Part shown: positions 1 through 13,000 of the stretch, piece after piece | How the letters are laid out: every line of letters begins with the position of its first letter | Numbering within the stretch: position 1 is the stretch's first letter | Assembly (NCBI GenBank): GCA_035084275.1 | Contig: CM068751.1 | Location: 19,468,001 to 19,532,000, forward strand | Origin: Hydrolagus colliei | Taxonomy: Eukaryota | DNA length: 64,000 bases | Direction: 5' to 3' | Position numbers and translations under genes: made by a program | Notes under the pieces: generated by a model | What the model saw: only the letters and a program-made list of their open reading frames with translations | What the model was told of the DNA's origin: nothing | Database searches by the model: none

Positions 1-758
1 ATTTTATTTAAGGCACCTTCTCTAATATCTTGGTATTGTGCTATTCTTTCTGTGGCCCTGGTGGTTGACTCTTGGAAGCTGGAGGATGCCATCTTGTGCC
101 TTTCCTCTGAAGAGGATCTTAGGATTCATCTACCTCCTCCTCAGACATGACAGTGGGTTCTTTGTCCAATCATGGCTTTGCACGTGGATGGATCATCTGT
201 GTAGACATGAACATAGTGATTATCAATATCTGAGTTCGCACTGTGGCATGATCTGAGGAGGTGTTTTTAAAGGAGTGGATTTAGACACTTGCAAGTGTCG
301 GGCTGTGGGAATCATTCCCTGATGGTGGGCCATCTGTTCATTGGGCTCCTAGGCTCTCAAAACCCTGCCACTGTATGACTCTGGCCCATCTTATCTTTGG
401 GACATTTCCTTGATGCCTCGTAATTTCTGAAAACTGGGCAGCCGTCCTTTTCAGCATCGCTCCACTCCTATCTTTTGGCGACGCTAAGTTAACATGGTTT
501 AATTACCTTTTCTACTGAAGACTTAAAATGTGCTTTCATTTCCCATCACTTCTGTCTACAGGCCCAGCACTCAACTATTTTTCATTGCTGGGTTCCCACA
601 CAGGGAAATTCTATCCACACACCCCCACCCCCACCCCCATCCCACCCCCACCCCTCCCAACCCCCATCTCACCACCCTCCTGTTTCAAGGAATTTCAGTT
701 TGGGGGAATCTTTCAATAAACCAAGGCAAAATGTTCCCCGAGAGTCGAGGAAAGTCGT

Positions 759-1052
759 GGAGTCCTGTAGCTCAGTGGTTAGAGCACTCTCTTTACAAGC
801 GAGAGACATGGGTTCAATTCCAGGCAGGGTGAAACCTTGGGAGGAGTTTCCTTACTCCGCAAGCCTAATAATAATGCCTCCAAAAAAAATCTGTCATTTT
901 CAATCCATGACTGTTTGTGGGGACGCTGCTGTGCTCAATCGGCTGCCGCGTTTTGCCCGCAAAATATACAGTCAATTCTCTTTACAATATATTCTGTGAA
1001 GCGCTTTGAGACGTCTAGAACAGCACTGTATCAAATGCAAGGATTAGTATTA
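759..1052 (+). mobile_element. tRNA-derived Deu-domain SINE (dominant family of this window)
   Basis: A box TAGCTCAGTGG, B box GGTTCAATTCC, core GACTGTTTGTGGGGACGCTGCTGTGC, L2-like tail ending (TTA)n. Confidence 0.9.
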
Positions 1053-1217
1053 CAGTCTATTTGTTGTCAGTCAATCTGTGTCTTGTCTGTCTGGACCAAC
1101 ATTATAAAGTAATTAAGAATCCATACTCACAAATAGCTTTTACTGAACTATACAGCTGCCTCTAATTCCCTAGTCTGGCTCTGTTACCCTGGTGTCTCTA
1201 CAACCTCAGTGACTCTA

Positions 1218-1445
1218 TTATAATAATAATAATCCTTACATTTATGTAGCGCTTTCCGCATCTTATCGACGTGTCAAAGCGCTTCACAGAATACAGCAAC
1301 GTCCCAAGGTTGGGACCAGAGCGGGGGGGGGGGGGGGGGGAGGGGTCGGGGTAGGGGGGAAGGAGAGCAGGAAAACCGACTGTATATTTGTGGGCGAAAC
1401 GCGGCAGCCAAATAGCGCACAGCAGTGTCCCACAAACAGTCACGG
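1218..1445 (-). mobile_element. Partial SINE interrupted by G-rich L2-like 3'UTR piece
   Basis: SINE tail 1218-1295, GTCCCAAGG plus poly-G insert, SINE core resumes near 1378. Confidence 0.7.
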
Positions 1446-2407
1446 AAGTGGGACCAGGGGAGAAAGGGGGAAAAGAGGGCAAGGGGGGAGAGGGAGGGAA
1501 GTGTCCGGTGTCCATTACCACAATGTTTCTATTTCTCTAGTGTCTCTCTATTACACATTGCTGTACGCTCAACGACCATGGCGCTTTATCCTCTGCGTTA
1601 TTACCCCCATAATACCTACTGCCCCAGGATGCTGGCCGCCTGAAACTCCAGACCAAACCATTCCAAACAAAGGTCTGAGGGATCTAACCTACAGCCTGGT
1701 TAAAACACCTCTCGTCCTGCCTGTAGCAACCAGAGAACATGGCAATAACCAAACCAATGGACAAAACCTCGGGATTGTTTTACATTGCCTGTGGTGCTCA
1801 TCCTGTGGATGCTGGGTTTCGCCCACAAAATACACAGTCAATCCACTTCCCGGTATATACCCTGAGTCGCTTTGAGACGTCTCGAGTGACGTGATAAGGC
1901 ACCGTGTATATCAAACGTGAGGAGTCAAGCGGCCACTGGAAGGTGTCAATCCCAGGGTCCACCTCCAGTCATTCTGCTGAGTATTGATCGCCTCCCCCCC
2001 CAACCCCCACCCGCCCCCCCCCCACCCCCCCCCACCCCCCAAAGCGAAACTACTGCATTAACATCACCCCAGCACAGGCTTTGCTCTCTCAGCATTGCCT
2101 GCACAGCTCACAGTCAGACAGACAGACAGACAAGACAGTGAGAGGGAGAAAGAGATTGAGTGCATTAAGTCCATAGCATTTTCACTGATTGATGTAGATA
2201 CAGTAACTGTTTACAATGGTTCATAACATACGCTTTGGTGGTGGGTTGGTCTGAGGTCCAGGTCACAGTACAGGACATTCAGTCAGTGACAGAGAGAAAG
2301 ATTTGCCCCATTGTGTGCAGTTAGTTTATTAACCCCCCTCTCCCATGTGTGGCAATCACATTGCTGACTGGGGGGGGTTGGGGAAGAGAAAAAAAGAAGT
2401 CACTCAC

Positions 2408-2476
2408 CGCTTGTGTGGAGCTGAGCAAGGACAGGAACATAGACAGGAACATCAGGGACAGCCAGTGAGCTGACAT
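2408..2476 (-). CDS. col4a3: Collagen IV alpha-3, first coding exon (signal peptide MSAHWLSLMFLSMFLSLLSSTQA); rest of gene lies left of the window
   Basis: ATG at 2476-2474, 23 mostly hydrophobic codons, phase-0 donor GTGAGT at 2407-2402; head-to-head with col4a4 as in other vertebrates. Confidence 0.8.
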
Positions 2477-3180
2477 CTCTAGGCAGGTACAAGGTGGAGG
2501 GAGGGAGGGAGGGAAAGGGAGGCTGGTGATGGAGTTGGTGTTCAGCGTTGAGTAGCCAATGGTCCACCAAGCCTTGTTGGAAGAGTTGAGTGAGCGACAG
2601 ATCCCTCACACACACACAGAGAGAGAGAGAGAGAGCCAGAGATGTCCTTGCACCTTAATACCCAGTGCTGCTGAATCCCAATCTCCTTCAAGTCTCCCAT
2701 TTGTGGGTGAACACCAAATAAACTAGGAAATCACACATTCTCACCCTCTAGCTTTGTTGGCTCCTCCCCTGTAATCCGACAAGATCTCCTCCTCTCCCTC
2801 CCTCCTCACTACCTTCCACTGCTGTTGTCACATCAAAGGTGCATGGCGAGAGATATATTTTATATATATATATATGTATTACACATAGGTGCACACATGT
2901 GAGAGGGAGGGAGAGAGAGAAATGATGAGACAGGAGGGATTGGGAGGTCAGTGTTAGGGTGAGCAGCCTCTGGGAGGGTTCTCAGTGTTTGTGTGGTGGT
3001 GGAGATTGACTCTCTCTGTCTCTCACCCTCTCCTCTGAGCAATGGTGAAGATGGAGGGGTTGGCGTGGGGGGTGTTTGGATAGTGTCTTCAGGAACAGCT
3101 TCTGACAAAGTGCCCCCCCCCCCCCCCCCTACCCACCCTCCACTCCTCCCACCCCATCCTTCTCAACCAAGGCTGACATT
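2477..3180. promoter_or_regulatory. Shared bidirectional col4a3/col4a4 promoter and 5'UTR region; probable non-coding col4a4 exon 1 ending at 3180
   Basis: Lies between the divergent genes; CCCTCCC/GGGAGGG (CTC-box-like) tracts, CCAAT motifs near 2556 and 2678, strong + strand donor GTGAGT at 3181; TSS not determinable. Confidence 0.55.
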
Positions 3181-3792
3181 GTGAGTACCTTACCTGTCTG
3201 TCTTGTCTATCTGTCTGTGTGTGTATCTGTCCACAAGTGGAGTGGTCAATGAACCCCCCCCCCCCTCTGGCCACTGTTTCCTCTGGGCTGGACTGTTCCC
3301 TGGTTAGTCGTTGTCTGAAATGTTCAAGTTTTCTGGTAAACAGCCAATAAGTCACTGTTGTCTGAATTTCCTTCTGTTCACCACCCACCCCCCACACCCA
3401 CCTCTCTCCCCAACTTTCTCTCTCACTGCCTTATTTCCAGACCAGTGATAAGAAACATTATCTTCGCCAGTGAACTTTGCTCACCTATTTTCCTCCCTTC
3501 TTAGACAGTTCACGAGTCTTGATTGCGAGCTATGTATAAATGTACTGTGTGTGTGTTTGTGTGTGTATATATATATATATGTGTGTGTGTGTATTATACA
3601 TACAGTATGTTTTTGAACACCAAACCTGTTCAGATCATTTGCTGACTGATTGGCGTTCCAAGGAGGCGAAGCTGTAACATTAAATTGAAACACAAACCAA
3701 CAGATTTTTGCAATCTGATTTTTTTAAAAAAATCAGATTGCAAAGGATTATTAATTATTGTGGTGGCTGGATCTGTGTTTTTGTTTGCTGGT

Positions 3793-3823
<31 letters not shown>

Positions 3824-4034
3824 GGGGTGAGGAAAGATGTGAAGCTTTATGTTTCTATTTGATAATTCAAATGAAACCGAATGGGAAGGAGGAAAAAAAA
3901 AATGACCATTTATTTTGCGTTTGTTTTGAAGGTAGAGTGAACGTTTCTCACAGTTTGGAGTCGAAAGAGAGACAGACAGAGAGAGAGAGAGAGAGAGGGG
4001 GGGAAGCTGGCCTCAAGTACATTTAATCGAGTGA

Positions 4035-4087
4035 ATGGCGTTGGTCATTGAATTTATTATCAGCAGTGGCCCACCCTGTCACCTCTG
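4035..4087 (+). CDS. col4a4: col4a4 exon 2 coding part ([18 protein letters not shown])
   Basis: ATG 4035, phase-2 donor GTAGGC; split Trp codon as in mammalian COL4A4. Confidence 0.65.
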
Positions 4088-7000
4088 GTAGGCATTGATT
4101 TCTTACACACCACATCTGACAATCTGCCCCCTGACTTGCCAGTAACATGGATCATAATGATAATAATAATTCTTAAATTTAATATAGCGCTTTTCACATC
4201 TTCTAGACTGTGTCTCAAAGCGCTTCACAGAATATACTGTGAAGTGAATTGACTGTATATTTTGTGGGCGAAACGCGGCAGCCAATTGCGCACAGCAGCG
4301 TCCCCCCCCCCCCCACCTCCCACAAACAGTCGTGGATTGAAAATGACCAATTTTATTATCGTGTGTTTTTCTGTTGTAGGAGGGATTATTATTATTAGGC
4401 GCGTGTGTGGAGCAAGGAAACTTGCCCAAGGTTTCGCCAAGGATGCGTAGGGTTGCAATTTGGGGTTGCAAAGCTCCAAACGCCCATCATAGCAGATAAA
4501 CATGCAGCACATGTACACAATTCAGGCAACATGACATGATTCGGTCACACCAATGTGTCTTGTCTTCCACAATTGGAATTGTCAATCTGTAGAATTCTTC
4601 AGTAAAAGAAGAATTATTTATTTATGCTTATTGCAGTTGACTTTTTTAAAAAAAAATTAGCATTAATATCAATTTCAATAATTAACTCAATAATAATAAA
4701 TTCAAATTTAATTCAAATACAGTCCAAATCATTGACATTTCCCCCGTTTTGACCCCATAACAGGTTACTGTCACTATTGGTTCAACTCTTCATTTTGGGT
4801 GTGACTGCGGTAAGTAAGTGATGAGATTTGGTACAAATTTATCTAGAGTAGATCTAGCTTGTCTGTGGAAATAATCATTTTGGGAAGGGGGGTTGAATAA
4901 CTGGAGAAGTTAAGTGCAGAGAAAGATTCTCGAGTGATTTATACTGACTGCCTGTTAATCCTGTTTCACTCCCCACCTTTTGGTCAAATTTAGGGGAGCA
5001 ACAAAAAATTGAATCCTGTTAGTAATTAATAATGTAGACCATGTTTTGCGTTGTTCAGAACAGTAGAATCAGAGGACTTGGCGTGCGAATGAAGGGGGAT
5101 GAATTCATTAACATATCAGCAAGAAAACTTACAGTGAACAAGTGGTATATGTACGTAACAGGCTCTCTAAGGAGTCAGTGGAAACAGAAAGTGTTGATTT
5201 TTTCGAAAGCAAATTAGATTTAGGAAATAATATATTGAGATCTATATGGTGTGGGACCTGACATGTGCATGCAACTGGCAGGATGGTGGAAGGTGAACTG
5301 GATGGTCAACAACAACAACAATTTAGATTTATATAGCGCCCTCCACGCCGGACGGCGTCTCAGAATGCTTCACAATAGCGGATCGCGGGACCGAGCCAGG
5401 GGGAGGGGGAGGGGGAGGCAGTGTCCCACAAGCAGTCATAAAAAATGGGTGTTTTTTTTTTGAGGGATTATTATCAGGCATGTGGAGTACGGAAACTTGG
5501 CCAAGGTTTTGCCCTGTCTGGAATTGAACCCAGGTCTCTTCGTTTGTAAGGCGAGTGCTCTAACCGCTGAGCTAGAGGACTCCATTTAAAAACATCTGTG
5601 AAAATAATAATTTGGTCAAATTACTGTTTAGTTCCAAGAGTATAAGAGCACAATAACGATTAAAAACTCACTTAAAAAAAATTAAAGGTTGGTTTAGCAT
5701 GGAAGGAAGATTTTGGATCTTCTTTTGAGATCAAGGGAGCTAAAGGATAGTATTAGATGAGGAAGAGCTTTAGAGTGATGACAAGCACCCATCAGCAATA
5801 AGGGCAAGTAGAAACTTTGGAAATCTGCCTGTATACAACAACAACTTCGATTTATTTTCGATTTATAAATCCTGACCATCCATAACCCGCATTCGCCATT
5901 TTTCACGACTGTTTGTGGGGGACGCTGCTGTACGCAATTGTCTGCCACGTTTCGCCCACAAATATACAGTCGATTCAATTTATAGTATATTCTCTGAAGC
6001 GCTTTGAGACGTCTCGAAGATGTGATAAATGCAAGGATTATTTATTATTATTTATTATGTAACATTGTTGTTCTAACAAGCAATTGTTTTGGATGATCTT
6101 AAGCACGGTGATGGGTTTCCACATGTGTTAAGACACCCGGCTGACACCCCCCACTAAAAAAAACCGAATTCTGCCAATTTTGCAGCTACAAATTTGAAGT
6201 TCTTATCAAAACTCATGGAGGGTAGCCTATCTCTTAACCTCTGGGTTGATTTTGGTCCAGTGCTCAACAAAAAAAGCTTGGCACGCACAAACATCAGAGC
6301 AAAGCGATTTGAGATTCTGAAAAATTCCACACGAAGCAATGCATTTTAAAAGTAGAAAAACATTAGCTGCAGTTGTGTGTTTAATGGGTCATGCATGTCT
6401 TTGTTTAATTAGCTCTATATCTGATAAAAAAAACAGAATGTGCAAACAAGAACCTTGCCAGAACAGAATTATTCAGAGGAGAAAGTAGGGAGTGTGCTCA
6501 TTCACACCTATAAGAAATTCCAACAGCATTATCTTAAGAAAGGCTCCATTATTTTTTGTTATATCATTTTCTGTGGTGTGAAACTAATGCTGGGTCTTGA
6601 TATATACAGTATAATTAGAGTTGAGCAGTGGGAAAGGCTATTGTCACTGTGTATAGATCAAATAGAAACGCAATAGAAATTTAACTCCATTTAAATTACA
6701 GGCCTAAAGGCAATAGACATTCTGTTTTAAACATGTTATGAATTAGAAAATAAGATAGAGTTGTAAAGAGTAAATGGATCTGTATATTTGTATTAAATCA
6801 GAAATCTGTAAATACTGTGTCTGTATAATTATATTTCGTAGCTATTTATCTTTATAATATACGTTGACATTGTCATGACGTAGTAACTTGTAGAGTGACG
6901 AGCACCAATTTAGTGATGTTGACCTAACTTAATAAAAATGTTGATTCCAGTTCAGCTACAAGAAATAATTAGTTTATCTGTCAGATTCCTTTCCAAAGCA

Positions 7001-10000
7001 TGGAGCCAAATTTACTGTACATTGGCATGTACTCAGCAACAACCAATTACATTAGTACAGGGCATTTCACATTGGGAGTACGTCCCAAGACACTGGACAG
7101 TCAGGATTTGGACCCAAGGTTGGGATCAAGTGGGGTGGAGGACAGGGAGGGTAGGGTGACAAAAGGAATAGTTGAAGTTCAGGGTATTGAGACGGGCCCT
7201 GAAGGGGGCAAGGGAGGAGCGAGGCAAAGGGATTGTGGGATCGAATGCCAATGGTGGGGGCCAGGAGGCTGAAGACCTGATCGCCAATGGTGGAGTGGGA
7301 CACGGAGCAGATCAGAGCCCGCTGAGCGAATGGAGTGGACAGTTCTGTATGAAGCTAGCAGGTCACAGAGGTAGGGAGGAGCAAGGCCGTGGAGGGGTTT
7401 GAAGGCTTGACACACTCTTGCATTCAGTGTCAGGTTTGGAAGTTGACTATGATTCTTTAGCAAAATTACGCTTGAAAGTCATATTTAAACTCATCCTAAC
7501 TTGTGAAACTCAATTCTTCTCCCACACTTTCTTTCTTGCTCCACAGCAACTTTTTTTTGGTCTTGATTTTATTGGTATTTTCAGCACTATGGTCAATCAC
7601 CAGCTCGTATACTCACGTAGACCAGTGGTGCCCTCTCTCCTTCTCTGGCTTTCTCTTGTAACTAAGCCCAGTTATACCTTTTCCCCCCTGACCCTTGACC
7701 TTATCCCTACGTCTTATCTTAGGAATGTATTTTCCCTCTTTGTCCTCTCTCCAGATAATTAGTTATTGTTCCTCAGAGGCCATCTGTTCGATTCCCAGAC
7801 TCCCGTTATCTCAGGGGTTCTTATCTGCTTCTCTATTTTCCTTTGGTGGGCTTTGTTTATGTTCCCAACCTTTCTGTTGATCATGTTTCGACCTCTAGTC
7901 TATCAATTCTATAATACTCTTTTGTACAAGAATATTTTGGACATCATCCCATGTTTTAAGGCTCACGTCCCACTACCTACCTGGTCTGGAGGTTGTAAGG
8001 TATGCAGCTGATAATTTCAACCGGTGTGTGGTGTATATACAGGACATCTAGACATAAACAGTGGGGTATTGCCTGTAGACTTGTGCGTCACTAGGTATAG
8101 AATTGCTGGATTTTAATCACATGCCAATAAGATACAGTGCTAAATTATATCTCCCGAGGCTCGGTGACATGTCTGGATCTGTCGTAGTGACTTGTCTGCA
8201 ATGTTGTTGCAATTGGATAAATTGTAATTATAACAAAAAATTATACCATGTTTGATAACTGGGCTGATATATGCAGAACATTCCTCTGTTTTAAATCACT
8301 GCCAGCTTGCAATCGAACCATGACACGATGCAGATAGCATAGTCGTGGCACCTGGAGTGTCTTGCGATTACAGTCCTCACATCACACGTCAACAAAAAGA
8401 TCTCAGGAACATGGTGGGCATCCATGGGGAGTGTGCGAGTGTGATCTCTGAATCAGACATCTACCAGTGTCTGTACCCTTTACGTTGTACAGTATATGCT
8501 GTCGCTTCGATCTTCCTTCTGACTCACCCCGCACAGTGGCATATAGTAGTAGATCCACAAGTGCGAGGTGCCCCTACTTCTTCTTTACATGTTAGACGTT
8601 TGACTTTTGAAGAGGATAAAAGCTCAGCTGATTCTGTCCTCAGCTGAGATCCACCCATATCTTTTTGAGCTGGGAGGGTGGTAGTCGATGGGGGTGGGGG
8701 GGGGTCAATTGAACCTTAGCATATCTCCGCTTTGAGCCTCCTGGTCGGGTAATTGTAGCCTCCGCTTCCCATCCCAGCTGAGATCTCCAAACCGAAGACT
8801 ATTTTCGATCCTCCATTTTCCATTGAGAGAAATTGTTGCGATACTGTTCTGAAGCAAGTTTGGAGCTCCTGCAGCTCAGTGGTTAGAGCGCTTGCCTTAG
8901 AAGCATGAGACCTGTGTTTCAAATTCAGGCAGGTCAGGGCGAAACCTTGAGCAAGTTTCCTTACTCCACACACACACCTAATAATAATGCGTCCAAAAAT
9001 AAAACCCCACAATAATAAAAATTGGTCTTTTCAATGCACGACTGTTTGTGGGGGACGCTGCTGTGCGCAATTGGCTGCCACGTTTCGCCCACAAATATAC
9101 AGTCAATTCACTTGACAGTTTACTCTGTGAAGCGCTTTGAGAGGTGGATAAGATGTGAAAAGCCGCTACATCAAATGCGATTATTATTAAGTTTGTCTCA
9201 CTGCCTGTAGAGTATGTGAGAAACAATGGCCGCGCACTGTCAGGTTAGGATTATTCCAGAGAATAGTATTTGAGCAAAACCCTGTTTTTAGTCCTCGCGA
9301 AAAAATGATTCACAGTGTTATACACTAATATACAGGTCTCAGTAGCAGAACAGATTACTTTTAACACATTATCCCATTCCTTTTCTGTCCCATCCTCCAT
9401 CTTTCAGCGACAGATCTAACCGGTCGAGAATCTCGATCTGATTGCGTGATTTATCTGCAGTTAATGGATTGTCAGTCTCCAAGGTAAAATTCCAGTCTGA
9501 ATATTCAGGCTTGAAGCCTCAGCAGTTACGAACTGTTCTGGGATATTTTCTGTCAGTAGAGAGTTGGTGATTACAGTATATATATATATTTTTGAGTGTG
9601 GGTCACAAAGGTAGGAAGGAGACCCTACCACCATTGCTGGTCGGGATTTCAGTCTCTCAAAACCCTAAACCCCCACAACCATTTGTAACTCCACCCCATG
9701 ATCCCTTGTTTCCTTCAAGGTGGAACTCCCGTAGCTCAGTGGTTAGAGCGCTCGCCTTAGAAACGTGAAACCTGTGTTCGAATCCAGGCAGGTCAGGGCG
9801 AAACCTTGAGCAAGTTTCCTTACTCCACACACACACACACACCACACGCCTAATAATAATCCGTCCAAAAAAACACAATAATAAAATTGGTCATTTCAAT
9901 CCACGACTGTTTGTGGGGGGGGACGCTGCTGTGCCATTTTGCCGCTTTACGCCCACAAATATATATACAGTCAATTCACTTTACAGTATATTCTGTGAAG

Positions 10001-13000
10001 CGCTTTGAGATGTTGATAAGATGTGAAAAAAGCACTATATCAAATGCAATGATTATTATTGAGGCACTTCTCAAGACCCTCCTCTTCAACCACCTCTTCG
10101 TCCACCCTCCTAACTCTGCCCTCCCTGTCCTCCATCCCTCCTGATCTCAACCCACTGCTCGGGTCCAAATGCCTGATTGTCCGGTGCCTTGGGACGTCCT
10201 CCCAAAGTGAAAGGCACTATATACCTGTCATTTATTGTCGTTGTTAGAAGGTAATGTTTGCTCACACTGTAGACATAAGGGGGAAATCATTTTTGACATC
10301 AACTGTTTATTCTAGTTAGAGACTGCTTTTTGCGTCCGGTGAACCTCGTGGCTCTTTACTTTCGGGGGCAGTTACACTAAGTCATCTGTGATCACTGTCC
10401 GCCCAACACACGTGTTCGTCACAGTAGAAATGATAAGGTTGGACTGCTATCGCAGAAAACAAATGGAAGTGCGGTTACAGTAGAAGGTGATAGTTTAGCT
10501 ACAGTCGAGTAAATATGGCAGTGGTTATGGCAGAGGTAATAAAAGCAGCATTGCTTTTAATGTTGGTTTAATGTCATCGATAGTACATTAAAGTAACTTA
10601 TTTTATATTGATTGGAACGTCATCAGAGCGTGATCTAGTTGCGCACACGTGCTGGGTTGCATTCAAGTGCAGCAGTGGTGATGGGCTTGTTTGGAAAGGC
10701 TGTGTGCGGCCTGTGGTTGCTGTAGATATTTGGCAGCAATGCCATTCCCAGTACGTCCAGAGTACGCATTTCAGTCCTGAAATAGATACAACAATATTCA
10801 GTGGCAAGAGTGAGATCTGCTGCCCAAAGTGTGATCAAAATAGGCAGGAATATGTTACATAATCTGAGCGCAGTGACTGAGGCACAGGTTCACACATGTC
10901 AGGTAACTTTTGAACTACTGCTAGCAATTCATCTTGAGTGAGGTCAGAGTGAAATATCTTTCTGCAAGGGTAGAGAATGCATGGTAGAGAGTAGAGATAA
11001 AGATTGGAGCACGAGACAAGATCCAAAGACAGATCTTAGGATGAAGAAAGCTTTTTAGCTCATTTAATTTCACCTTTCCCAGTCCCCACACCCTCCTGGG
11101 TTTTTTTGCTTCCCAAGTATGCAGTGTTTAGGAAGAGGTTTGTATAATTGAGTGGAGAGTAAAACTCATAACCTTTGGAGAGAAAGGAGGTATGAATTTG
11201 AAGCCTTTTCAAATTGGGATACCAAGGCATGGGTCAAGGCCAAAAGAGATGCCTGTAAGGTTGAAAAGAATGGGAGATGAACCAGGATATTATATGGCGA
11301 CACCAAGGGATTGACAGATTGGAGGAGGCGGGGAAGACTGAGGGTTTCACAGTACAGTATTTACATTCTAGGAAAGAATGAATCAGGGTTGGAAATGGAA
11401 CAACACACTTTTGGTTTTAACAAGTGAAGGAGTGGGATGGTTTGTTTGAAGCCTGCGAGGGCTATAGGGGAGAGGGTAAAGATATATTTTATAAAAATGA
11501 AATACACATGTATATATTTAGAGAGAGAGAGATGATATTGGAGACAGCAACAAGCTTTTTCTGTGTGCATTTTATTATACTCGCAGTGGAACATATTCAA
11601 GATTGAGATTGACAGATTTCTTATGGACAAAGGGATTAAGGGATATGGGGAAAAAGGCGGGGCAGGTGGAGATGGATTAGAAGATTAGCCATGATCCTGT
11701 TGAATGGCGGGGCAGGCTCGAGGGGCTGAATGGCCTACTCCTGCTCCTTATTCTTATGTTCTCATGTTCTATGTGATAATTGTGATTTAGGACAATATGT
11801 TGACATGGAATTTGCACCTTTATTTTCACCAAACGCCCCTGTATTCTCTAACTCTTCCTATCAGGATGGTTTTATGTTTTTTTTGTGTGCTGTGTCTCAT
11901 CAGGTGATTTTTGCTCTTTCAGAGTCACATCCAATATACTGGGCCCTGTGATGGAAGAGACTGCTCGGTTTGTCAATGTTTCCCACCTAAAGGATCCCGG
12001 GTAACGTAAAACACTTAATAAAAACCTGCAGTAATTGTGTCGTGGCCTTCTCTGTGATCGAGCGAAAGGAACTTCCGCGCCTTGCAGGATAATGCTTCAC
12101 GTTTGTAAATGTACCGCACATGCCGTGCGCAATTGGCTGCTGCGTTTCGCCCACAAATACACAGTAAATTCACTTTACGGTATATTCGGTGAAGCGCTTT
12201 GAGAAGCGTCCAGAAGGTGGTCTATCTGTGGGGATAGCCTGCTCTCATCCCTCTATATAATACCCATCATGTCATCCTCCCATCGCAGCATGAAACTGCT
12301 TTGTAGTTAATTCAAATGACCTGGTCTCGATACCCCCACCTTTCTCGCACCTTGTTCCAGTCATTTATCCGTTCAATCCCATTTCAAATCTCCTATCTTT
12401 GTAAGGTCTCTTCAGAGTCACTTTTTCTCGAGGCTGAAACGTGTTAGCTTTTCCAATGGTGGGTCGTAACTCACTGTCAAAGTCTTGTCCATTCGGGGGT
12501 CAGGTGATAGTATAATCCTTGCATTATGATATAGCGCTTTTCACATCTTATCGACGTCTCAAAGCGCTTCACAGAATATACTGTAAAGTTAATTGACTGT
12601 ATATATTTGCAGGCAAAACGCGGCAGCCAATTGCGTACAGCAGCGTCCCCCACAAACAGTCGTGGATTGAAATGACCAATTTATTATTATTGTGGTTTTT
12701 TTGGGGGAGGGATTATTATTAGGCGTGTGTGTGGAGTAAGGAAACTTGCTCAAGGTTTTGCCCAGACCAGCCTGGATTCGAACACAGGTCTCACGGTTGT
12801 AAGGCGAGCGCTCTAACCACTGAGCTCCAGGACTACAGTTACTTTTGCAGAGTAATTGCTCTACAATCGAGAACTTTAGACGATCTAAAGCGCTGGAGCC
12901 TAAACACAAAGGTTAGATTCCACCTTTCAAACTGTGGTGTATCTGTCATTATATACCTTTTTAATCTTGTCAGGGCATTTTCAGTTTCAGTTGGCACATC

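Noticed and set aside
759-830. Many tRNA-like sequences with A and B boxes
   Set aside because: They are SINE heads: no paired acceptor stem, and always followed by the same core and tail
10598-11026. Cluster of Cys/Trp-containing ORFs in intron 3
   Set aside because: No recognisable domain or splice pattern; probably a decayed retroelement that I cannot assign
11896-11922. Upstream alternative acceptor CAG at 11901-11903 for exon 4
   Set aside because: Would add 19 nt and shift the frame; the 11923 start gives the conserved 78-nt exon
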